A stretch of DNA of 11,597 nucleotides from a virus (taxonomy: Duplodnaviria; Heunggongvirae; Uroviricota; Caudoviricetes), in the IMG/VR virus record IMGVR_UViG_638341087_000009, positions 1-11,597 of that record, one strand, 5' to 3'. The notes below the pieces were generated by a model that was not told the DNA's origin, did not search any database, and worked only from the letters and a program-made list of their open reading frames with translations. Below, piece by piece: positions 1-5,173 of the stretch. Position numbers and translations under genes: made by a program. The stretch's first letter is position 1; each line of letters starts with the position of its first letter.

Positions 1-478
1 ACAGAGAATCCACCCATAACACTGTTTTTGGTTTTAACTGTTCCGCGTGCGCTGAGCCGCATTCACCGCATCACAAAATTCACTTTAAAAAGGGCGGCAG
101 AGCAGCCACGGAGTAAAACTGATACCGCCAAACGTCACCAGAAAATTGATAACAGAGGGCGTTGCAGCGGGGTTGTCACTTAAGCGTATGGTCAACCTGA
201 CAACCCGGTGTCCTCAACGGGGAAGGAATAACCCCGCCATACTTACCGCCGCGCCATTTCGCGGAGTGCCACAACCGGAAGCGCACGGTCGACGAAAATT
301 TAACGACAGGCTATCTATGAACCAGCTACCTCGCCGTGCGCTTTCGCGTTATGGTCTGACTTTTCAGGGAAATATCCTTTCAGTAAACTGTCAGTGCCGG
401 ATGCTCACCCGTGTCCGGCGCACGTACTCCACCTCACCCGTGGAGAACTCCTTAATCACCAACCCTCAGGAGGGTGAA

Positions 479-754
479 ATGTCGACTGAAAATGATGAAA
501 TCATTAACTCCCTGATACGCCAAATTAATAATTTTGATAAAGCATTGCAGCATGCTGCGGCGCGTAGTGATATAACTCTTTTAGCAATTTCATTTCTTGC
601 ATCTGTTATGGATAAAAATGAAGTCGTACGACAGAGTCTTGTTGATTATATCGACTCGCTTCAACCCGGCACTTTCAATCATGAGAGCTTCAATCATGAG
701 AAAGAGCATGTTAAGTCTGTAATTAATTCTCTTATTTTGAATCAAAAGAATTAA
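479..754 (+). CDS. Hypothetical small protein (91 aa), AT-rich insert (moron-like) in the early-left region
   Basis: ATG at 479 preceded by AGGAGGG (466-472, 6-nt spacing). Visibly lower GC than flanks. In-frame 15-bp tandem duplication (674-686 / 689-701, encoding FNHES/FNHEK). The upstream part of the 146..754 track ORF is Arg/Pro-rich, GC-rich and has no SD, so the start was moved to 479. No family recognised. Confidence 0.5.
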   Translation: MSTENDEIINSLIRQINNFDKALQHAAARSDITLLAISFLASVMDKNEVVRQSLVDYIDSLQPGTFNHESFNHEKEHVKSVINSLILNQKN

Positions 755-1052
755 TGCTTTTTGTTGCAAAGTAATTTTCAAGGGGTTCTATTCGAATCCC
801 TTTCTTTTTCATTAACAAGCCAAACCCCTTATCAATGATGTCCATTAGATCCAGGAAGTATTTTTCATGTAAATCCTGGTTATCAGAGAGCTGCTTCTCT
901 TCGTACAGACCGATAAAGGCACGACGCACGTTACCGGATATAGTATCGATGGTTTCTTTTTCTACGGTACTCAGGTCAAGAGTCGCCAGTTGGGAACGAA
1001 CTATATTCGCTGCCATTTCCTGGAATTGCATTGGTAAATCTTTAAATTCCAT
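732..1052 (-). CDS. Hypothetical protein (106 aa), last gene of the leftward early operon
   Basis: ORF with GAGG 6 nt upstream of ATG (complement of 1050-1052). Its 3' end overlaps the 479..754 gene convergently by 23 nt. No family recognised. Confidence 0.5.
   Translation of the reverse strand: MEFKDLPMQFQEMAANIVRSQLATLDLSTVEKETIDTISGNVRRAFIGLYEEKQLSDNQDLHEKYFLDLMDIIDKGFGLLMKKKGIRIEPLENYFATKSINSFDSK
780..809 (+). terminator. Candidate intrinsic terminator downstream of the 479..754 gene
   Basis: Hairpin 782-788 / 794-800 (GGGGTTC / GAATCCC, one G-U pair, 5-nt loop) followed by TTTCTTTTT (801-809). It lies inside the 3' end of the convergent 732..1052 ORF. Confidence 0.35.
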
Positions 1053-1074
1053 TATTAGCCTCGTTGGTTAGCTA

Positions 1075-1293
1075 TTAACGCGGGTATGTAATCATTCTGG
1101 CAATGCTTAATGCCGCTGCTTTTTCCAGATTGGTGATATCCTGCTCCAGAGCGGACAGATTTTCAGCCTGCTTAGCCCTGGCTTCATTAGCCCATTTCAG
1201 ATCCTGCGCTGCATTAATTTTCTGGCGCATCCACTCATAAAGTTCATCATCGGTATAGTCTGGCGAGATGATGACGGGTTCTCGTTTCTGCAT
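1075..1293 (-). CDS. Hypothetical small coiled-coil-like protein (72 aa)
   Basis: ORF with GAGGAA 5 nt upstream of ATG (complement of 1291-1293). Charged, helical-looking sequence; 22-nt gap to the next gene downstream. Confidence 0.55.
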   Translation of the reverse strand: MQKREPVIISPDYTDDELYEWMRQKINAAQDLKWANEARAKQAENLSALEQDITNLEKAAALSIARMITYPR

Positions 1294-1322
1294 ACTGATT
1301 CCTCGCGGTGCTGCTTCGCTTA

Positions 1323-1451
1323 TCAGCCGTTAGATTTTGCCGAGCTGGAAAGCGCCTGTTTAAACTCACTGAAGCTGAGAGCTTCTTCGCCTTCGGCAAG
1401 GCCTTCGAAGTATTCTTCGTAAGCCTTTTCCATGATTGTGTCGAAATCCAT
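1323..1451 (-). CDS. Small acidic protein (42 aa), not in the supplied ORF track
   Basis: Hand translation of the minus strand gives MDFDTIMEKAYEEYFEGLAEGEEALSFSEFKQALSSSAKSNG. AGGTGA lies 6 nt upstream; the start sits 1 nt after the stop of the upstream 80-aa gene. The two listed ORFs covering this interval (1247..1456 -, 1308..1505 +) look like frame shadows. Confidence 0.45.
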   Translation of the reverse strand: MDFDTIMEKAYEEYFEGLAEGEEALSFSEFKQALSSSAKSNG

Positions 1452-1452
1452 A

Positions 1453-1695
1453 TCACTCACCTGAGTTTCTTTCCAGCCAGCGACGGGCACCATTTTCGGT
1501 TTTAAACGTTTTGCTTTTGGTATACGTCATCGCGGTGAATGTGCCGTCCTGGTTGGGAAACACGCCGTACACCAGAGATTCATTGTTGCCAAGATCGATA
1601 GTATCCATGCTGACCTCATTTCCCCTTAACGCCGGGGTAGCGGAACTAAAAAACTGCTGCGCTGTTATATAAAGTGTTCCCGCCGTCATGTTCAT
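1453..1695 (-). CDS. Hypothetical protein (80 aa), first gene of the leftward early operon
   Basis: ORF with GAGGCG 4 nt upstream of ATG; sits about 85 nt downstream of the pL-like promoter. Not Arg-rich, so not obviously N-like. An internal Met would give a 50-aa product. Confidence 0.5.
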   Translation of the reverse strand: MNMTAGTLYITAQQFFSSATPALRGNEVSMDTIDLGNNESLVYGVFPNQDGTFTAMTYTKSKTFKTENGARRWLERNSGE

Positions 1696-1787
1696 ACGCC
1701 TCGGGCTGGCTACTTAACCCCTGACCACTGCCGGGTAACTCGAGGTATTGCCCTGCGTTCTGTGGGGCGGGGTGGGTTGGTGAGCGC

Positions 1788-1817
1788 ATCATAAAACACA
1801 TAAAATGTGTTAGTCAA
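1788..1817 (-). promoter_or_regulatory. pL-like sigma70 promoter for the leftward early operon
   Basis: Minus strand reads TTGACT (complement of 1812-1817), 18-bp spacer, TATGAT (complement of 1788-1793). Read directly from the sequence. Confidence 0.5.
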
Positions 1818-1831
1818 CACAAAAAAAGTGT
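1795..1831. promoter_or_regulatory. Two operator-like palindromes (ACACA-N5-TGTGT type) inside the pL-like promoter
   Basis: Site A 1795-1811 AACACA-TAAAA-TGTGTT, a perfect 17-bp palindrome in the promoter spacer. Site B 1817-1831 ACACA-AAAAA-AGTGT, overlapping the -35. Centres are 21 bp apart (two helical turns). The same motif recurs at 2849-2865. Confidence 0.5.
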
Positions 1832-1840
1832 GCGCAAGAA

Positions 1841-1872
1841 TAAAAAAACTCCCATTCAAGAGGTGATGGGAG
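1841..1872 (-). terminator. Intrinsic terminator ending the repressor/toxin-antitoxin transcript
   Basis: Stem 1849-1855 CTCCCAT / 1866-1872 ATGGGAG, followed on the minus strand by a 7-nt U tract (plus-strand A run 1842-1848). Immediately downstream of the ParE-like stop. Confidence 0.6.
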
Positions 1873-1883
1873 GTGGTTGATTA

Positions 1884-2171
1884 TTAACCGTTACCAGGAT
1901 ATTGCTGACGAGCATGTATCACGCTTACAATTTCAATGCTTGAAGTCGCTACCCTGTATAGGATTATGTAGTTAGGGTGGGTCACAATTTCTCTCAATCC
2001 AGAAACCCGTTCGCTTGGCGGGTATAGATACGGATGCTCAGATAGGGGCAGCACCGATGTTTCAATGCGTATTTTTAGTCTGCGCGCTGCCGGAGGGTTT
2101 TTTTTAGCAATGTAAGTTATAATCTGACTTAAATCATCGCGAGCAGACGGTAACCATAAAACGGGCAGCAT
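1884..2171 (-). CDS. parE: ParE/RelE-family type II toxin (95 aa)
   Basis: MLPVLWLPSARDDLSQIITYIAKKNPPAARR...YIILYRVATSSIEIVSVIHARQ fits the ParE pattern (L.W...A..DL..I..YIA...P.AA ... Y.I.YRV......I..V.HARQ). The start overlaps the upstream antitoxin stop (TAATG). The longer track ORF (136 aa) has an implausible Arg/Lys-rich N-terminal extension. Confidence 0.85.
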   Translation of the reverse strand: MLPVLWLPSARDDLSQIITYIAKKNPPAARRLKIRIETSVLPLSEHPYLYPPSERVSGLREIVTHPNYIILYRVATSSIEIVSVIHARQQYPGNG

Positions 2172-2362
2172 TACACGCTCCCGTTTTCCATGGCAATTTG
2201 ATTGATGATTTTTTCCATTTTTGCCATTACTTCGTCGTGCGGTATTGCTGGTCGTGGATCTGCAAGGCTTGCTGCAACCTTGGCGCGCAACCATTCGTTG
2301 TAACTGTTTTCTTGCTCGATAGTTTCAAATTCTGAAACTATTGGCGAAAGAACTGTGCTCAT
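2171..2362 (-). CDS. Cognate antitoxin (63 aa), ParD-like by context
   Basis: MSTVLSPIVSEFETIEQENSYNEWLRAKVAASLADPRPAIPHDEVMAKMEKIINQIAMENGSV. GAGAGG lies 7 nt upstream of the ATG; it is translationally coupled to parE. Assignment as antitoxin is strong; the exact family is less certain. Confidence 0.65.
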   Translation of the reverse strand: MSTVLSPIVSEFETIEQENSYNEWLRAKVAASLADPRPAIPHDEVMAKMEKIINQIAMENGSV

Positions 2363-2390
2363 AGTATGCCTCTCTGTCGTATGGTTGTAA

Positions 2391-2789
2391 TTATGCTCGA
2401 CGTCCTTTTTGGGCGGCGAGCCATCTTGCAACTGTGCGATCCATTGATTCTTTTTTGTCTTTCATGTCTTTAAGCATTTGTTCTTGCTCCTCTTCTGGGA
2501 AAGCCCCAAATGTTTGAAGCAAATCTCTCTGGCGCGGTCCTATTTTCATTGTATCAGGTACTACAACCTGTTCATCCTCGCTCGGAGGAAGCATGAACCA
2601 AAAAATAGGCCGAGCAGTTATTTGTGAAAGTCGATCTAAATTGTCAGGATTTGGACTAACCAAGCCTGCAGACCATCGCTGCACTGTTTGTTGCGACACT
2701 CCAACTAATTTCCCAAGCTCCGCCTGACTCCAGCCTGTTTCAGACAAGAGTTTCTTTATTCTATATGCAGTAATCTCGAGTGTTTTCAT
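2391..2789 (-). CDS. racR: Prophage repressor, RacR-like (XRE-family HTH), 132 aa from the proposed start
   Basis: HTH motif ...GWSQAELGKLVGVSQQTVQRWSAG... near the N-terminus. Start chosen at MKTLEIT (complement of 2787-2789); a TAGAAT -10 lies about 7 nt upstream, suggesting a near-leaderless mRNA like lambda cI from pRM. The alternative upstream start (2879) has no SD and would run through the operator region. Confidence 0.75.
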   Translation of the reverse strand: MKTLEITAYRIKKLLSETGWSQAELGKLVGVSQQTVQRWSAGLVSPNPDNLDRLSQITARPIFWFMLPPSEDEQVVVPDTMKIGPRQRDLLQTFGAFPEEEQEQMLKDMKDKKESMDRTVARWLAAQKGRRA

Positions 2790-2796
2790 AGTAACA

Positions 2797-2869
2797 ATTC
2801 TACTCAAAAAACGAGTAATGCGCGACACACGAAAATCGGGTTTACATATACACATTTTTTGTGTAATCT
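2797..2869. promoter_or_regulatory. Immunity switch region: divergent promoters and operator palindromes
   Basis: Leftward -10 TAGAAT (complement of 2797-2802) with a poor -35. Rightward TTTACA (2841-2846) with a -10-like TGTAAT/TAATCT (2862-2869). Palindrome TACACA-TTTTT-TGTGTA at 2849-2865 has the same half-sites as the pL operators. A second, different palindrome TACTC-N7-GAGTA sits at 2801-2817. Confidence 0.5.
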
Positions 2870-2895
2870 CCAGTCGCATGATGGAGGTACAAATA

Positions 2896-3168
2896 ATGAA
2901 TGATCATGTTAAGAAAAGGGTCGCGGGAAAATTTTCACAACGAGAACTGGCTATGTTAATGAGCACGAAACAACAAAGCGTATCTCGTTGGTTCAACTCT
3001 AAGTTCCCTGCATCAAGGGTGCTTCACTTGTGTCAATTGATGCAGTGGGAGGTTACTCCACACGAACTCCGACCAGACATTTACCCTAACCCAACCGACG
3101 GTTTACCCGTTGGATGTAAGGCTAACACATCAAATGCACCGGAGTTGATTCATGAAAATCAAGCATGA
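2896..3168 (+). CDS. ydaS: YdaS-like Cro/HTH protein (90 aa)
   Basis: GGAGG (2883-2887) 8 nt before ATG 2896. HTH-like ...FSQRELAMLMSTKQQSVSRW.... Divergent from the repressor, as in the Rac racR-ydaS-ydaT arrangement. The track ORF from 2818 is an upstream extension through the operator region. Confidence 0.7.
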   Translation: MNDHVKKRVAGKFSQRELAMLMSTKQQSVSRWFNSKFPASRVLHLCQLMQWEVTPHELRPDIYPNPTDGLPVGCKANTSNAPELIHENQA

Positions 3169-3577
3169 ACACATCCGCATGGCGATGAATGCCTGGGCGC
3201 ATCCGGACGGCGAGAAAGTACCGGCTGCGAAAATTACCAAAGCGTATTTCGAACTGGGTATGACGTTCCCGGAACTGTATGACGACAGCCATCCGGAAGC
3301 CCTGGCTCGCAATACCCAGAAAATTTTCCGCTGGGTAGAGAAAGACACTCCTGATGCGGTTAAAAAAATTCAGGCGTTGTTACCAGCTATCGAAAAAGCA
3401 ATGCCACCTCTGCTGGTGGCCCGAATGCGCAGCCATAGCTCAGCCTATTTTCGGGAACTGGTGGAGACGCGGGAACGACTGGTGAGAGACGCTGATGATT
3501 TTGTCGCAGTGGCGATCGCTGGTTTCAACCAGATGAATCGTGGTGGCCCTGCAGGAAATATTGTGGCTGTGCATTGA
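3152..3577 (+). CDS. ydaT: YdaT-like protein (141 aa)
   Basis: ATG 3152 with GGAG 7 nt upstream; overlaps the ydaS 3' end by 17 nt. Sequence MKIKHEHIRMAMNAWAHPDGEKVPAAKITKAYFELGMTF... and the synteny recall Rac prophage YdaT. Confidence 0.7.
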   Translation: MKIKHEHIRMAMNAWAHPDGEKVPAAKITKAYFELGMTFPELYDDSHPEALARNTQKIFRWVEKDTPDAVKKIQALLPAIEKAMPPLLVARMRSHSSAYFRELVETRERLVRDADDFVAVAIAGFNQMNRGGPAGNIVAVH

Positions 3578-3648
3578 CTCGCAATATTCATACCGGATCA
3601 CTTCCGGCAATTTGTGAGTAAAAAGATTCGGTATCAGAAGAGGTGAGT

Positions 3649-4686
3649 ATGGCTAACGCCTGGCTCAGATTATGGCATGACATGCCAAATGATCCTAAGT
3701 GGCGAACAATTTCCAGGGTGTCAGGACAGCCAATCGCAACAGTGATGGCTGTGTATATCCACCTTCTGGTGAGCGCGTCACGAAATGTCACGACATGTCA
3801 CGGCGTGTCACTACGTGGTCACATTGATGTCACGACGGAAGATTTAGCAAGTGCGCTTGATGTGACGGAAGACGTAATTGATTCAATTTTGCATGCAATG
3901 CAGGGGCGGGTTCTGGATGGTGACCTTATTTCCGGATGGGAAAAACGTCAGGTGCTGAAAGAGGACAATGGTAACGTTTCGCAAACGGCAAAATCCCCGG
4001 CAGAGCGCAAGAGAGCGCAGCGGGAGCGCGAAAAGCTGCGGAAATATGATGCTGATTGTCACGATGAGTCACGACGTGTCACGCATCTGTCACGACAAGT
4101 CACGACAGATAAAGATACAGATACAGAATTAAACCCCACACATAACGCGCGCATGCGCGAGAGTGCTCCAACCGGTGAGTCGAATGGTGCGTCGTTGCAG
4201 ACAGCCGAACCTGAATACCTGGACGGCCTGAGCGAACCGATCGGGAAATTTTCGATGACCACTGTCTGGCAGCCGTCGCCGGATTTTCGACAACGGGCAG
4301 CAGTGTGGGGTATGGCTCTGCCTGAGCCGGAATTTACACCTGCTGAGCTTGCCGCATTCCGGGATTACTGGATGGCGGAGGGGAAGGTTTTCACGCAGGT
4401 TCAGTGGGAGCAGAAATTTGCCCGCCACGTGCAGCACGTCAGGGCACAGGTAAAACCAGTCAGCAAGGGGGTAAGCCATGCAGCATCAGGTGGCACGGCA
4501 TCACGGGCAGTTCAGGAAATCCGGGCAGCACGCGAACAGTGGGAACGTGACAACGGATTTATCAGCAACGGAAACGGCCTGGAAGCTGTGGGAGCTTATG
4601 GGGGAGGTGTATTCGAACCGCTGGACACAGAAGAACGGGGCCGCACCTTCGAAGCTCTGGATTGCCCAGATTGGCGCGATGACTGA
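3649..4686 (+). CDS. Replication initiator (lambda O-like role); 3' boundary uncertain
   Basis: ATG 3649 with GAGGTG 4-9 nt upstream. The N-terminus MANAWLRLWHDMPNDPKWR looks like a phage replisome-organiser N-domain. The gene contains two iteron clusters in its low-complexity linker, as the lambda origin lies inside O. The last 209 nt overlap the P-like gene in another frame. Confidence 0.65.
   Translation: MANAWLRLWHDMPNDPKWRTISRVSGQPIATVMAVYIHLLVSASRNVTTCHGVSLRGHIDVTTEDLASALDVTEDVIDSILHAMQGRVLDGDLISGWEKRQVLKEDNGNVSQTAKSPAERKRAQREREKLRKYDADCHDESRRVTHLSRQVTTDKDTDTELNPTHNARMRESAPTGESNGASLQTAEPEYLDGLSEPIGKFSMTTVWQPSPDFRQRAAVWGMALPEPEFTPAELAAFRDYWMAEGKVFTQVQWEQKFARHVQHVRAQVKPVSKGVSHAASGGTASRAVQEIRAAREQWERDNGFISNGNGLEAVGAYGGGVFEPLDTEERGRTFEALDCPDWRDD
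3777..3834. repeat. Iteron cluster 1: six GTCAC(G) repeats at 10-11 bp spacing
   Basis: GTCACG at 3777, 3787, 3797 and 3829; GTCACT at 3807; GTCAC at 3818. Units resemble tGTCACGnnn. Confidence 0.75.
4058..4135. repeat. Iteron cluster 2 (five GTCACG repeats) with an adjacent AT-rich patch: candidate origin
   Basis: GTCACG at 4058, 4068, 4078, 4089 and 4099 (10-11 bp phasing), followed by AGATAAAGATACAGATACAGAATTAAACC (4107-4135). Confidence 0.7.
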
Positions 4687-5140
4687 ACAGCAAATCCGGC
4701 TGGTCTGCCGTCAGTGCATGGACCGCTGCCGGGCGGGTGAAACGTGGCCCCCGGACCTTGCTGAGTTTGTTGCACTGATTTCGGAGAGTGGGGCAAATCC
4801 ATTTGGTCTTACGGTGGATGCAGTGATGGAAGAGTACCGGCGCTGGCGCAATGAATCCTGGCGATACGACGGGAGTGATAAATACCCGTGGCCACAGCCT
4901 GTGCTGTACCACATCTGCCTCGAAATGCGTACCAGAGGGATTGAGCGCCAGATGACGCAGGGTGAGTTAAAACGACTTGCGGAACGGCAACTGACGAAAT
5001 GGGCAAAGCATGTTGGTAACGGGATGAGTGTTCCGCCAGTGCGACGACAACTGGAAGGGGCGAAACACCCGCAAGGGCCAACGCCAATTGAACGGCTGAA
5101 ACAGGAATACGAACGCCGGAAGGCAGCTGGTTTTATTTGA
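4478..5140 (+). CDS. Lambda P-like replication protein (DnaB helicase loader), 220 aa
   Basis: Segment ...DLAEFVALISE...MEEYRRWRNESWRYDGSDKYPWPQPVLYHICLEMRTRG...ELKRLAERQL... matches from memory lambda P (...FVAWCRE...YEYCRKRGLYPDAESYPWKSNAHYWLVTNLYQNMRANALTDAELRRKAADEL...). AAGGGGG (4465-4471) lies 6 nt before ATG 4478. Alternative in-frame starts are ATG 4598 and ATG 4679, the latter overlapping the O-like stop as ATGACTGA. Confidence 0.7.
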   Translation: MQHQVARHHGQFRKSGQHANSGNVTTDLSATETAWKLWELMGEVYSNRWTQKNGAAPSKLWIAQIGAMTEQQIRLVCRQCMDRCRAGETWPPDLAEFVALISESGANPFGLTVDAVMEEYRRWRNESWRYDGSDKYPWPQPVLYHICLEMRTRGIERQMTQGELKRLAERQLTKWAKHVGNGMSVPPVRRQLEGAKHPQGPTPIERLKQEYERRKAAGFI

Positions 5141-5173
5141 ATCTGAGAAACGATTTTGTCGGAGGAAATATTA

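Noticed and set aside
146-478. N-terminal 111 codons of the 202-aa track ORF (146..754)
   Set aside because: GC-rich, Arg/Pro-rich and low-complexity, with no SD at 146. A strong SD and ATG at 479 begin an AT-rich gene of clearly different composition, so the upstream part is treated as an open non-coding frame.
590-1071. Track ORFs 590..781 (-) and 835..1071 (+)
   Set aside because: They lie antisense to or overlapping better-supported genes (479..754 and 732..1052), lack SD sequences and have odd composition; likely frame shadows.
1247-1672. Track ORFs 1247..1456 (-), 1308..1505 (+) and 1436..1672 (+)
   Set aside because: They overlap the tightly coupled minus-strand genes (1453..1695, 1323..1451, 1075..1293) in other frames and have no SD; replaced by the hand-found 42-aa ORF.
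1696-1787. Lambda-type nut site (boxA/boxB) in the C-rich leader of the leftward operon
   Set aside because: A CGCTC fragment is present, but no convincing boxB hairpin of the GCCCT-loop-AGGGC type could be found; the first gene is not Arg-rich like N.
2172-2431. Longer N-terminal extensions of the antitoxin (from 2431) and ParE (from 2294) track ORFs
   Set aside because: The extensions are basic and low-complexity and destroy the canonical TAATG stop/start coupling; internal ATGs with SD give proteins of typical toxin and antitoxin size.
2790-2879. Repressor start at the upstream ATG (2879), giving 162 aa
   Set aside because: No SD, and the extension would be translated through the operator and promoter region; the HTH sits at the expected distance from the MKTLEIT start. 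The published RacR length may differ, so this remains somewhat uncertain.
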